Part shown: piece after piece, positions 1 through 14,454 of the stretch
Layout: each line of letters starts with the position of its first letter
Position numbering within the stretch: position 1 is the first letter of the stretch
DNA from: Octopus vulgaris
Lineage: Eukaryota
Direction of reading: 5' to 3'
Length of the DNA: 64,000 nucleotides
NCBI GenBank assembly: GCA_951406725.2
Contig: OX597821.1
Coordinates: forward strand, 57,350,001-57,414,000
Notes under the pieces: generated by a model
Told to the model about the DNA's origin: nothing
The model's database searches: none
What the model saw: the letters and a program-made list of their open reading frames with translations, nothing else
Translations under genes and position numbers: made by a program

Positions 1-306
1 TGTGCCCCATACAAACTTGGAAAAGTGGATGTTAAATGATGATAATAATAAATGAACCAAATAAAAAGAATAGTTTGGGTTTATTTTGTCTGAGAATCAA
101 TTTCTTTTTCTTGCAATGTAATTCCTACAAAATAAAGTGTCATTTCTTTAAAAAAAAAATTCCACCATGTCTAGTCATTTGCCTTTTATAAGGCTCTGGT
201 AGAGGGTTTTTAGATTTTGGTGTTGGGGTGTTGGTAGTTGTTGTGATGAAGATGATGTGAAAGATAGTGATAAGCAGGTTCATGTTTAATCATTGGTTTA
301 TTTCAG

Positions 307-491
307 AAAACAGCGATACTTACTCTTTTGTTATCCCAGTGTTAAAAGCTCTCATCGACAAATCTTACACACTACTGAATATGGAAATCTACCTGCCACA
401 TTTACCACCAACTTCAAGAAGTCCAACATTTTTTGATGATTTCCGTGTATATTGTCAAGAGAAAGAATGGTCAGATTTTGTTAGCACTCAG
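307..491 (+). CDS. NBEAL1: NBEAL exon (window exon 1)
   Basis: tttcag|AAAAC...CAG|gtgagg; NSDTYSFVIPVLKALIDK...EWSDFVSTQ. Confidence 0.88.
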
Positions 492-1020
492 GTGAGGATC
501 AAAAGTATATTGTTTTATCTAAATTACAAAAACAAAATTAGCAAATTCAAAATATTCATTGTTCTCTACTAATTAAAAAAGAAAAGGAAGCTCATGTACA
601 ATAATCCGTCAACTATTGTGGGTGTTACATTCCAAATCCCCACACACAATAGGTGAAAATCTGCGTAGTAGAAATGGTACTGTACTATATATATTTTTTT
701 TTATTAGGTTTATAATTTGTATATATTAATTTTATTATAAATGTAAATTAACACCACGGAGGAATTGATGTAAGCTTAAATAATAAACCATGTTCGGGCG
801 AGGGATTAATGTAATTTGGTCAAACAGTAAGAACACAAGGCATCCAAAGATGGTTTCTAGAAAGAGAGATAAAAGGCAAACACTTCAGAAACAAACCTAA
901 AACAAACTCATTTGATAACATCTAGGATTGGACTAAACAGTAGCATTTAGGTAAGAATGGCAGAGGAAAGACGGAAATGAAGATTCTTGGTATTCAAACT
1001 GCTGAGAGCAGATGACCCCT

Positions 1021-1358
1021 TTTAGAGCACTCCGTCGGTTACGACGACAAGGGTCCCAGCTGATACAATCAACAGAACAGCTTGCTTGTGAAATTAACGT
1101 ATATGTGGCTGAGCACTCCACAGATACATGTACCCTTAACGTAATTCTCAGGGAGATTCAGTGTGATACTGAATATGATAAGGCCGGCCCTTTGAAATAC
1201 AAGGACTACTCATTTTTTGCCAGTTGAGTGGACTGGAGCAATGTGAAATAAAGTGTCTTGCTCAAGGACACACTGTGTCGCCAAGAATTGAACTCACAAC
1301 CTTACAATCGTGAGCCGAATGCCCTAACCACTAAGCCATGTGCCTTCACAGATGTTCA
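1021..1358 (-). mobile_element. tRNA-derived SINE (other copies about 31620-31900 and 63730-64000)
   Basis: Reverse A/B boxes (ggcttagtggttagggc...gagttcaattc); 12-bp TSD cagatgacccct at 1009-1020 and 1359-1370. Confidence 0.8.
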
Positions 1359-1784
1359 CAGATGACCCCTAATAATGATGAAAATTACTGATAAAGAGAT
1401 TTTAAATAAAATTTTTACTCTATTTGGATGACCGGTGTCTAGTAAAAACATTCTCTTGACAAACCAGTTCTATGGTATATCTTGAACTCTCATTTATAAT
1501 AATTTTACCTTCAACTGTTGTTCGTGTCTTTATAAAAATACATCTTGTCATAGCTCTATGCGTTCCCTACCTTATGAATTAAAAACATTACCCCTTTGCT
1601 TCAATCCTCTGTGCCACTTCTCTTATATTTGCCTCCCTGTAACTTGAGGATGCACACGGACACATCTTCACCACCAAAGATAAGAATTAGTTATAGTTTT
1701 CATGAAGTGGAATTAAGGAATAGATGTTTGTTGCAATAACTTTCTGTTTGCCGTATCTCAGCATCTCATTGTTGTTTCTTCCAG

Positions 1785-1934
1785 ATCAACCCTCAATTAC
1801 AACAGTTTATAGAAAAAATCTTTTTGGAACACCAATCAGCGATGATCGAATTCTGGAGTGAATGCCATGAACAGATGATGTTGAACAAACACAAACGAAA
1901 CCTGGAGCAGGGAAAGAGCAAACTTGCTTTCCAG
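1785..1934 (+). CDS. NBEAL1: NBEAL exon 2
   Basis: ttccag|ATC...CAG|gtagat; INPQLQQF...EFWSECHEQMMLNKHKRNLEQGKSKLAFQ. Confidence 0.88.
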
Positions 1935-2228
1935 GTAGATTATGCTAGTTTTTCCATCCCAGCCATTCATGACATATCTTTGTTGGGTTTTTTTGGTTTT
2001 TTTATTCATTATTTTACATCTGTTCGTCCATTTTTTGTGACATTGTTTTATATCTGGACATCTTTTCTGTTGCTAACTGATACTGTTTTTCCAGTAAGGA
2101 TTCCTCCATCTGTTTTTGAGGGTGCAAAGCCAGTCGATGATTTGTTGATAGAGAAATAACAAAATTATCATTTGTTGTTTACTAATTTTTTTGAGAAGCA
2201 CAAATGTGGTAAAACACTCATACATGGG

Positions 2229-2281
<53 letters not shown>

Positions 2282-2818
2282 GAGACTTCTTTCAGTTTCC
2301 ATCTACGAAGTCCTCTTATGAAGTTTTGGTCTGCTGGTGGCTACACTAAAAGACTCTTGCCCCCAGTACCACACAGTGGGACTAGACCTAAAGTCACATC
2401 TGGATTTCTAGTAATTATTTGCAATACTAAAACGTACTGGCACTGTGCCATGTGAAAAGCATTGGTGTCAGTGCTACAGAAAAGGCACTGGTAATGGTGC
2501 CACGTAAAAGACGCCCAGTACACTCTGTAAAGTGGTTGGCATTAGGAAGGGCATCCAGCTATAAAAACCATGCCAAAACAGACAATGGAATTAGTGTGGG
2601 TCCTGGCCTTTCCAGCTTCTGTCAAACCATCCAACCCATGCCAGCATGGTAAACAAATGTTAAATGATGATGATGATGATTTGAAGTGTTATTCTATTGC
2701 TTATTCTGAGGAGAAAGAACTTTATCCCTGCCTTCTTTTTTTTTCTTTTTTAGTAGTAATACAATCCTTAATTCTTAATGCTTATCTAATACCAGAATAT
2801 CGCCTTCCTCTTTTCTAG

Positions 2819-2976
2819 AGTCAGATTGTGGATGTTGCCAAATCTAAGGTATCTCAAGAACATCGCCGATTCCAGAATGTCACAACACAACTTCGCAACC
2901 AACACAATGCAGTGATGAGGCAGTGGAGAGCAACAAAACGTTTCTTTCTAGCAAAACGTGGGGCCTGGTCTGATGA
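2819..2976 (+). CDS. NBEAL1: NBEAL exon 3
   Basis: ttctag|AGT...GA|gtaagg; SQIVDVAK...RQWRATKRFFLAKRGAWSD. Confidence 0.88.
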
Positions 2977-3449
2977 GTAAGGACTACATTTTCAGTTTTG
3001 TTTCTCTTGTTGTTGTTGTTGTCTGTAGGAGCAGAAGTAGCTGTGTGGTTAAGAAATTTGGCTCCCAACCATATGATGTCAGGTTCCGTCTTACTGTGCA
3101 GCACCTTGAGCAAATGTCTTCTACTATAGCCATGAGTCAGCCAAAGCCTTGTGAGTGGTTTTGGTAAGCTGGAACTGAAACAAGCCTGTTGTGCGTTTGC
3201 ATGTGTGTGTGTGTATGTGTGTGTGCGTGTGTGTAAAATATATATAGATAGATAGACAGATAGATAAATGTTGTTTGTGTCCAATCTTCCCTTTCTAACC
3301 ATGGGGAAATATTACCTTACCTGGACACAGGTGAGGGTTGGTTACTGGAACAGCATCCTGTCATAGTAAATCTCGACAAATTCCAGCTGAGCCATGCGAG
3401 CATGGAAAACTGGATGCCAAATGATGGTGATGATACCATTTCTCTCTGA

Positions 3450-3641
<192 letters not shown>

Positions 3642-3771
3642 TGAAATATTTGGTTAGTTAATGCTTATTTCTTACACCTATACACACACACCTTGTAGTT
3701 TTACTTTTCAGATCTTATGACTGAAAATGTTTTGAGTTTCTTCTGCAAGCCTTTTAACCGTACAGCAATAC

Positions 3772-3804
<33 letters not shown>

Positions 3805-4052
3805 ACAATTGCAGCGTGGAAGGTGTTTGTAAGCCATTTAAGAAACACACAAAAGCCGTTCGATTCACTTCAACATTTAAGTTTAATTTGTCAAAATATT
3901 TTCGTCGCTAAAATCCATGACCTGTTCACTGTCAGTGAATCGAACAGCTTTTGTGTGTTTCTTAAATAGCTTAGAAACACCTTCCACGCTGCAATTGTTT
4001 CCGTTCCAGCACACGATCTTAAATCAAATCACTTGCTATGCGAGTACATCTT

Positions 4053-4104
<52 letters not shown>

Positions 4105-4427
4105 AGGATAAGATCGTTAATTTAAAATAAAATAACGATCTTATCGAGTGGCTAGCATGGAAAAAATTACCTTCAAAGGTAATAATTATTAAAATTATAA
4201 ATTAAGGTATCTACGAGATACCATCATGCTGAAAATAGCTGCCATGATCTGACTCTGAAACCACCTTAAGTGTCCATATAGCAACACGGAGAGAAGACAA
4301 AAAGACAAGATGAAACTAGTAAAAAATTACTGGATAATTCCAGATCCTGGATTACTGGCTGTGCATTTAGGAATGCTTTGCCTCATCAGTGGAATATACA
4401 CTGCTTCTTCTTCTTCTTCTTCTTCTT

Positions 4428-4576
4428 GTCACTGCCTGGAATCAAACTCGATTCCAGGCAGTGACCTGAATAATAATAATAACAAGACACCTGATGAAGG
4501 CTGGGGGGGTATATCAGCCAAAACGTGTTAACAACAAATGAGATGAGGACAAATATCCGTCGAATGTAAATAATGT
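4428..4576 (+). mobile_element. Truncated copy of the palindromic tRNA/HHR family
   Basis: gtcactgcctggaatc..gattccaggcagtgac fold-back, (TAA)n, then gacacCTGATGAaggctg...cagccAAAAcgtgtt (G12 mutated). Confidence 0.7.
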
Positions 4577-4899
4577 CGAACTATTTAATTCTCTGCCTGA
4601 AGAATATCTAATAGGTTATATCTTACATCTTTTCTACAATGTACAATTTTGTAACTCCTATGAGTAATGGTGAATAAACATGTGTAATGGTGAAATAAAT
4701 AATACCAAAAAATTCTCCATTCTTCTATTTTGATATAGTTATGGTATATTCTATTAAGAACGAAGTAGAGTACAGTATAAGCCTTGTCCACCTTCATATT
4801 TCACCCTGTGCTATCCAGTAGTAGTATTATATGTACTTCCAGATTTGTGTTTGGGCATCTGTTATGTGTGAATAGATAATTGAAAATGTACTTTTCAAT

Positions 4900-4936
<37 letters not shown>

Positions 4937-5173
4937 ACATATAATGTGTATATGTACATATATATATGTATATGTGTGTGTGTGCGTATAGTACCTACTA
5001 CACTCTCAGAGTGGTTGGCATTTGGAAGGGCATCCACCTGTAGAAACTCTACCAGATAAGATTGGAGCCTGGTGCAACCACTGGCTCTCCAGTCCTCAGG
5101 CAAACCGTCCAACCCATGGAAAACGGATGTTAACTGATGATGATGATTCCTTAAATATATATATATATTCACC

Positions 5174-5637
5174 AGCTACATTGGACTGGACACATTATTA
5201 TAATGAAAGATAGCAGGATCCCTAAGCAGATGCTATATGGGGACCTTGTGAGTGAAAAAATACCCCAGCAGAAACCAAAGCTGTGATTTAAGAACTGTCA
5301 AGTCCTCATTAAAGGCCTGTGATATGCAGGAGATTGACTGGGAGAGCAGTGCCTGCTATCGCCACAGATGAAGGAAGCAGGTTAAGGAGTAGGGTTGACA
5401 CTTTTGAGAGAGCATGTATTCTGCATGAAGAACTTAAGCGTGCTGCTCGAAAGCACACTGCTGGTTTAGTGAATGGGGAAAGCTTGATCTGCAATGTTTG
5501 CAGTCGTGTATGCTTGTCAAGAGCAGGGCTCATTATCCACCAACAGAGCCACGAATGCAAAATATAAGTTCTAGAGCGCACAATGTTCCTGAAGTTCAGC
5601 AATGGTCTTCCTTGGTCACAAGTGGACGTCCATCATA
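5174..5637 (+). mobile_element. RTE-clade LINE 3' fragment (dead)
   Basis: LHWTGHIIIMKDSRIPKQMLYGDL and C-terminal CNVCSRVCLSRAGLIIHQQSH. Confidence 0.75.
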
Positions 5638-5769
5638 ATTCCTAATATCAATGTATGTAAACTTAAAAACAAAGGCTTCACAACCTTACTGAAATATCGA
5701 ATGTTTGTATGTTGAAATAGTGAAAAAAATGTAGGAAACCTGTATTATGAAATGTTTTTATATTTGCAG

Positions 5770-5899
5770 ACCTGCCAGATAAATCAGAGGAAGATGGACT
5801 GCAGAAACTTGAACTGGCCAAAGAAGCTTTAGTTTCCAGAGAAAATATAGCTGATGATGCGTTGGGAGATGAAGATTGGAATGTTATCAGTTCAGCTAA
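5770..5899 (+). CDS. NBEAL1: NBEAL exon 5
   Basis: ttgcag|AC...AA|gtaagt; LPDKSEEDGLQKLELAKEALVSRENIADDALGDEDWNVISSA; phases match both neighbours. Confidence 0.88.
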
Positions 5900-6763
5900 G
5901 TAAGTGGTACTTTTTTGTGATATGGAACTGAATCTTTGATAACCTTTAGGTTTGATTGTGTGGGCAATAATCTGAAGATCACTGTATTTGATGGCATGAA
6001 AGTTGCATAGGCTTTGTTAGATGCACATATTCAAGAAAAGTATTTTTAGTGGCTTTGTGGTGTGAGGTTTGCTTCCCAAACACATGGCTCTGGGTTCAGT
6101 CCCACTTCGTGGCACCTTGGCCAAGTATCTTCTATTGTAGTCTCAGGCTGACCAAAGCCTTATGAGTGGATTTGGTTGACAGAAACTGAAGAAGTCCTTC
6201 CTTTGTGTGTGTGTGTAAAATATGCATATGAAATGTGTGTGCCTTTGCATCAATGTTTGTCCTCTACCACTGCCTAACAATTCGTGTTGGTTTGTTTATG
6301 TCCCTGCAAACTTAGCAGTTCAGCAAAGGAGACCATTAAGCTTTAAGAAAAAATAATAAGCACTGAGGTTGATTCATTCAACTAAAAATTAACCCTAACC
6401 CACACTCTAATGGCTGAAACAAGGAAAAGATACAAGACAAAGCATGTAATATAGGCCCAACTTTGCATATAGGACCCAGGGTGAGTTTTTGAAAAATTTT
6501 GGTGGGGAAAAAATGCATCCTATATGCCATCAAATATTGTAGTTTAAGATGGTGAAACCATTCTGTTATTTACTTTCTTTTATGTTTTTTTTTTAGTTTA
6601 GTAAGTCAACCCCCATCAGGGTATCTTTTGGTCAAAGACAATCCAACCATAATTAGCCAACCAATTTCTCCCCCCCACCCCACCCCACCACAGAGTACAG
6701 TGTATCTAGAAATATTTAATGTGGTCTTAAATCTTTAAGGCTGGTAGGGTGGGATTTGTGCTG

Positions 6764-6795
<32 letters not shown>

Positions 6796-7736
6796 CTAGT
6801 CTATTTCTAGCAAATCAAACAACTGCTGCAGAGTGCTCTATTGTCATCTCATAATTTGTATGCTTTGTATGTTAACATGAAATTAATATCATATAGCCTT
6901 CTGTGTTTCATACTTAATGTATATACATCATTGATAGGCCAGTTTCTGCAGTACTCATCCTGAGATAACATCTAAGGCAGTGAGCTGGCAGAAATGTCAG
7001 CATGCCGGGCGAAATGCTTAGTGGTATATCATCTGTCTGCACCTTCTGAGTACAAATTCCACCAAATTCCATTTTGCCTTTCATCCTTTTGGGCTCGATA
7101 AATTAAGTACCAGTTACACACTGGGGTCGATGTAATCAACTTAATTCCTTTGTCTGTCCTTGTTTGTCCCCTCTATGTTTAGCCCCTTGTGAGCAATAAA
7201 AAAATAAGAAATGTTAGCATGCCAGGCAAAATGCTTAGCAGTATTTCGTCTCTCTTTACATTCTGAGTTCAAATTCTGCCAAGGTCGACTTTACCTTTCA
7301 TCCTTTTGGGGTTGATAAATTAAGTACCAGTTACATTCTGGGGTCGATCTAATCGACTGGGCCCCCTCCCCACAAAAAATTTCTGGCCTTGTACCCTGAG
7401 TGGAAAAGAACATCTATCCCTGCAATGTCCAACAAGAATGCCTGATTTTTTGCTAGACATATATTTGGTTGAATTCCCATTCAGTTATGTGGCTGACTGC
7501 AAGCACATGTCGCTGAAAAGGCTCAAAACAACTGAAATGTTTGTGGTATTCTTACCAATTGCTGCTCAGAGGATTTTTCTGCTCCTTCTGATATTTATTG
7601 CTTTTAACACAGCACGTCTATAAGAGATGTTTTTTTAGGATAAATACCATAACTGGCTGATCAATGGCGTGTCTACATTTATTATGATACACAGATGGCT
7701 GTTTCAATTTAAGATAACCTCAATTGTGAATACTGA

Positions 7737-7955
<219 letters not shown>

Positions 7956-8235
7956 TAACAATGTTGTTTACTATTGCAACTATCTCTGACCTATTATTGT
8001 CTTTCCAAATAATAATGGCTACTCATCTCTTATCATGTTGTCTGTTCCCGTCAACAAAACGTTCTGTAGCTCAGCACTTTTAAAAATAAACAACTCTCTT
8101 ACTTGAGCAACTGCTGAAAGTTAGTGATAGAATGAGCATCCAGCTGTGAAAACTACTCCACTTCTATGTATTTTGTCTAACCCATGCTAACGTGGGAAAA
8201 TGGATGTAAAGATGAATAAGTATATATAATATATA

Positions 8236-8620
8236 GGAGTGGCTGTGTGGTAAGTAGCTTGCTTACCAACCACATGGTTTTAGGTTCAGTCCCACTGTGT
8301 GGCTCCTTGGGCAAGTGTCTTCTACTATAGCCTCAGGCTGACCAAAGCCTTGTGAGTGGATTTGGTAGACAGAAACTAAAAGAAGTACATCGTGTATGTG
8401 TATGTGTGTATGTTTGTGTGTCTGTGTTTGTCATGCCATCGTTGCTTGACAACCGATGTCAGTGTGTTTATGTTCCCGTAACTTAGCGGTTCGGCAAAAT
8501 AGACCTATAGAATAGGTACTAGGCTTACAAAGAATAAATCCTGGGGTTGATTTGTTTGACTAAAGGCGGTGCTCCAGCATGGCCACAGTCAAATGCCTGA
8601 AACAAGTAAAAGAACAAAAG
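8236..8620 (+). mobile_element. Most abundant tRNA-derived SINE of the window, representative copy
   Basis: ggagtggctgtgtggtaag...ggttcagtccc...ccttgggcaagtgtctt...gaaacaagtaaaaga. Similar copies at about 19127, 22270(-), 26881, 31192, 33120-33710(-), 40479, 43620(-), 50450(-), 60328. Confidence 0.85.
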
Positions 8621-9564
8621 AATATATATTGTTGTGTCTGGGGAGAGTCATTCTGTTTTAACGTCTTCTTAATTAACACACTCACTGGTTTGATTTCCAC
8701 TCATTTACTTTTTTTTGTTTCTTTTCTAAAATATTCATTGCTTCTTGCAGCCTCTTCAGTAATTGTTGACTCTGTTCGTTATTGGGGCTGCGTTCTTTTT
8801 GTTTGTTAATATATATCCATTTTGTCTCAGTTTGGAAAATTCACTTCAAATTAGTTCTGCTAATTTCCTTGAAGTACAATATTTGTGTCCCATCTATTCC
8901 ACACTGCAAAATGTGAACCATGGTCTCATTCTAGAAATCTGAAGATTCTAGCTGAGTGTAGGTATAGGCATAGTTGTGTGGTTAAGAAGCTTGCTTTGCA
9001 ATCACGTGGTCTCAGGTTCAGTTCCACTGTGTTATTACCTTGGACTGGTGCCCTCTATGATAGTCCTAAGTTGACCAATGCCTCACAAGTGGATTTAGTA
9101 GATGAAAACTGTGTGGAAGCCCATTGTGTGTGTGTGTCATCATCCCCACTGCTTGACAATTGGTGTTGGTGTTTGTTTACATTTATGTAACATAGCAGTT
9201 CATCAAAAGAGACCAATAGAATAAGTACCTTAAAAAAGGTTAAGTACTGAGGTCAATTTGTTTGACTAAAACTCTTTGAGACAATGTCCTAGCATGGGCC
9301 CAGTCCATTGACTAAGACAATTAAAAGATAAATGATACCTATTCCCTGTATCCAGTCATTTTATGAATTCACTTGAAAATACCGTCCAACAGGTGGGACA
9401 TAATTTAAACTTAGAGCAGTTTTGGTTAATAATTCTTGCCTTTAATCACTTTCTACTAAAGTTACCCTTCTACTAACATGGCCCTGTTTTGCTTTATTTA
9501 AAAATGGATTTCAAATTGTAATGTTATGATCTTTATGTGTGCAGTTAGTGTTTTCTTTAAATAA

Positions 9565-9975
<411 letters not shown>

Positions 9976-10309
9976 TTAAGTCAATACCATTGGAGCAATT
10001 ATTCTATAAATCTCATCAGTTATATTTCTAGCTGAAACTTTATCCTGATTCTAAGGCATAATGGATTAGTGGATTATAATAAAATAAAACTTTTTGTAAC
10101 ATTATAGCAAAGGATTAGTGAAATTGTTCATTGAAACAGTGTAGGAGGGAAAAGTTCCAAAAGACTCAAGTATAGATTGTATCAAGGGAGATAACTCAAT
10201 ATTTTTAAATGTTTCGTTTCTGCGATCGGTTTACATTAAGTGCTACAAGAACTATAAGAATAAGGTTACTGATTGGGCTTTGGGTCAGATATTTAACTAA
10301 CCTGCTTAA

Positions 10310-10485
10310 CTCTTTAGCATTTAAACGAGCCAGATCCAGCTTCTCCCACCTACCCTATAAGGTCATTCTAAAAATAAAGAATGACGCCATTGAAATCTTG
10401 ACTCTATGAGATCATTCCTGATTAATTCAAAATGATGTGAATAAATGAGTATTACGTTTGATTGGGTAATCAAAATGTTCAAGGG
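10310..10485. mobile_element. piggyBac-type MITE (second family)
   Basis: TTAA flanks, ctctttagcatt / aatgttcaaggg ends; reverse-complement relative of 15570-15793. Confidence 0.65.
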
Positions 10486-10793
10486 TTAAGCCCTTCACTC
10501 CATGTAGAGCATAGGCCATCAATGACTTTTCTCTACTTGAAGCTGTCTTTTCTACTTTTCTCCATTTGGATCCCTATTTTTCCAGCTCTTCCAGCACGGA
10601 ACATGGACGTCAAATGATGATGATAATGACTGTATCTTTAGGCGCAAAATGTAATATATACCTCTGTCTAGGAAAAATCGAAGTTACAGAAGCACTGACG
10701 ACAAATCAAAAGCAACAACACTTGGACAGTCTTCCCCCAGGAAACCATATGAAAGGATGGGTTGACCATGCCTTAAGGAGACAGTTATACTGT

Positions 10794-12047
10794 TCTATAT
10801 TTAAGAGATGAGGAATTATTTACATTATTTACAATTGATGGATATTTGTCCTCTTCTTGTTTGTTGTTAACACAGTTTCAGCTGACATACCCTCCAGCCT
10901 TCATCAGGTGTCTTGGGGAAATTTCAAACCTGGGTTCTCATTCCTAAGGTATATGGCATAGTGGTTAAGAGTGTGGGCTACTAATCCCAAGATTCCGAGT
11001 TCAATTCCAGGCAGTGACCTTTTGAGCATGATCATTACCAGTGTCGCCTTACTGGCACTTGTGCCGGTGGCACGTGAACAAAACATTCGAGCGAGGTTGT
11101 TGCCAGTGCCGCTGGACTGACTCCTGTGCAGGTGGCATGTAAAGAAACGCTATTTCGAGCGTGGCCGTAGCCAGTACAGCCAGACTGGCCCTCGTGCAGG
11201 TGGCACGTAAAAGCACCCACTGCACTCTCGGAGTGGTTGGTGTTAGGAAGGGCATCCGGCTGTGGAAGTCCTGCCAGATCAGATTGGAGCCTGGCGCAGC
11301 CATCTGGTTCACCAGTCCTCAGTCAAATCGTCCAACCCAAGCTAGCATGGAAAGCGGACGTTAAAAGATAATGATGATGATATATATATATACTCACACT
11401 GTGCTTTAGGAGACCTATTGAGACAAGTACATCAACATCAAAATATCAATGGAAATTGTAGTTATGATACCTGTGCCGGTGGCACGTAAAAAGCACCATC
11501 CAAACGTGGCCATTGCCAGTGCCACCTTGACTGGTTTCCGTGCCAGTGGCACATAAAAAGCACCCACTACACTCACGGAGTGGTTGGCATTAGGAAGTGC
11601 ATCCAGCTGTAGAAACATTGCAAGATCAGACTGGTGCCTGGTGCAGCTTCCTGGCTTCCCAGACCCCGGTCAAACCGTCCAATCCATGCTAACATGGAAA
11701 ACGGATGTTAAACAATGATGATGATGATGATGATTATTATTATTTTTATTCAGGTCACTGCCTGGAATTGAACTCGGAATCTTGTGGTTAGTAGCCTGCG
11801 CTCTTAACCACTACAGGCATATGGTGTAGTGGTTAATAGGTTGGGCTACTAACCTCAAGAATCTGAGTTCAATTCCAGGCTGCGACCTGAATAATAATTA
11901 TAGTAATAATAATAATAACATCGAAAAATACCTTAGGAATGAGAACCCAGGTTCGAAATTTCCCCAAGACACCTGATGAAGGCTGAAGGGTATATCAGCC
12001 GAAATATATTAAGATGAGGACAAATACCCATCAAATGTAAATAATGT
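10794..12047. mobile_element. Same palindromic tRNA/HHR family, with two nested (GAT)n-tailed SINEs (about 11020-11730)
   Basis: HHR tail (-) about 10794-10950; tRNA heads at about 10953 (+), 11750-11815 (-) and 11820-11890 (+); HHR tail (+) 11920-12047; candidate TSD acaRttatactgt at 10781 and 12048. Confidence 0.72.
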
Positions 12048-12590
12048 ACAATTATACTGTGTTACATGTCAGGCTCTGGTCTGCAAACCACAAGAGAGGC
12101 AGAAGAGAAGATGCCCTAACCATAGCTGGAGGCATGGGTTAGATGATTTGTCAGGATCCATGGGTTTGAGCATGGCATTGTGCTCCAGTGTCTGTTTTGG
12201 TATGGTTTCTACGTCTAGATGCTTTTCCTAGTGATGTCACCATGCATCTCACAAATCTGTGAACCGCAAGGGAGGGGAGGGCCAGCTTTATACTAGAGGA
12301 TAAGGGGTCAAAGTGTACGGGAACATGGGGTAGGCACTCTGGAGGAAGTGCATGGTCGTTCACATTTAGATGGGAGGGTGAGAATTATCGGGTGGAACTA
12401 CAGAGATAAATTATAGTGATGTGGTGTCTACATGGCCTCTCAAAGTACAAAAATGAGTAGAAGTTGATGGGGACAGAGAAACTAAAAGTGGGAGTATATG
12501 GTGGGTTTGCATGAGTAGGCTACACATTCATTTCATTATGTGGAAAGGATTCCTGATACAAAGGCAGATGCTAGCAGCTAATTAACTTAA

Positions 12591-12788
<198 letters not shown>

Positions 12789-14454
12789 TAAATCTGAGAA
12801 AATCACTACTACTTCAACTGGCGTTTGGAAGGATGTATGTATGTGGTTATCATAAATTGTTTATCAATTAATAAATATATGTTTTGAAAATGTAACTTTT
12901 TTTGAACCATGATTTCAAACTTCATTAGTAATTAAGGTATACATCTTACAAATTACTTGGTTACCTTGTCAATGCTGGTGCCACATAAAAAGCACTGGTG
13001 ATGGTGACATGTAAAAAGTGCTGGTACCACATAAAAAGCATTTGTGCTGTTGCCATGTAAAAAGCACCCACTTTCACTCAGTAAAGCGATTGACACAAAG
13101 AAGGTCATCCAGCAGTAGAAACCATTCCAAGGTAGATGATGGAACCTGGTGCAGCTCCTGTCAAACCTTCAAGCCTATGCCAACATAGGAAGAGGATGTT
13201 AAATGATGATGATGATCATCATCATAATAATAATAATAGATGAAGACCTGTTGAGTCAAGTGAAATCGTTGTTGTGGCCGATGCCAGTGGTACATAAAAA
13301 GCACCATTTGAGTGTGGCTGATGCCAGTGCCAGTTGAACATAAAAAGCAGCATTCAAGTGTAGTCGATGTCAGTGCCACCTGACTGGCTCCTGTGCCTGT
13401 GGAATGTAAAAAGCACCATACGAGCATGGTCGAGTCCAGTGCTATCTGACTGTTCCCATGTCAGTGGCACATAAAAAGCACCCACTACTCTCTTGGAGTG
13501 GTTGGCTTTAGAGAGGGCATCCAGCTGTAGAAACCTTGCCAGAACATATTGGAGCTTGGTGCAACCTCCTAGTTTGTCAATCCCCAGTCACGCTGTCCAA
13601 CCCATGCCAGCATGGAAAGTAGACATTAAACAATAATAATGATAACGATGATATTGCCTATGTCATCAAACAGTGATAGATTTGTTGTTGGCTTCGACAG
13701 GTGTCACATATTTAAAAAACTGCTTGAGATATTGTTAAGGATGATAATTTGATTAAGTTGGTGATAAGTGAAAAAATAAATCTCAGATGATAATAACCAA
13801 TGCCTGATTATATTAGTTTTTAAGTATTGTTGTTATTTAACTCAGTCTTGGTCCAGCAGATCTGTGAGGAAAGGGTTTCCAGCTGTGGCCATCCTCTACG
13901 TTTTCTATTTAAATTATTTTTTCTTCAATTAAGTGGAGACGTAGCTGTGTGGTTAAATTTGCTTCTCAACCACATAGCTTTGGGTTCAATCCCACTGCTT
14001 AGCCCATTGGACAAGTGTCTCCTACTGTAGCCCCACGTTGACAGAAGCCTTGTGAGTGAATTTATTGTAGAAACTGAAAGCAGCCTGTTGTCTGTGTGTG
14101 TCTCCTTGTCTTGACATTGTTTGATCTTTGTAAATGAGTATCATTGTCATGCAAGCAGTTTCATTCGTTTCTAATATTCTGTGGAACCTTGTTCGGCCAT
14201 GGGGAAATATTACCTTGCTTGGAAACAGGAAGGGCATCCAGCCATAAAAATCTGCCTCAGTGAACTCTGACCCATGCACTCATAGCAAAGTGGATGTTAA
14301 AAGATGAATCATCATCAACATCAACATCATGGAAAAGGGACATTAAATGGTGATGACGATGAAGTAAAGTCACTGTTAGTGATGAAACAAGAGGCTTGTA
14401 TTAGTTTCAATACTAAGAGTCAGTCGGTGATGTTGGGTGTCACAGAACTTACTG

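Noticed and set aside
6390-6402. taaccctaaccc telomeric repeat
   Set aside because: Only two units, inside a SINE tail.
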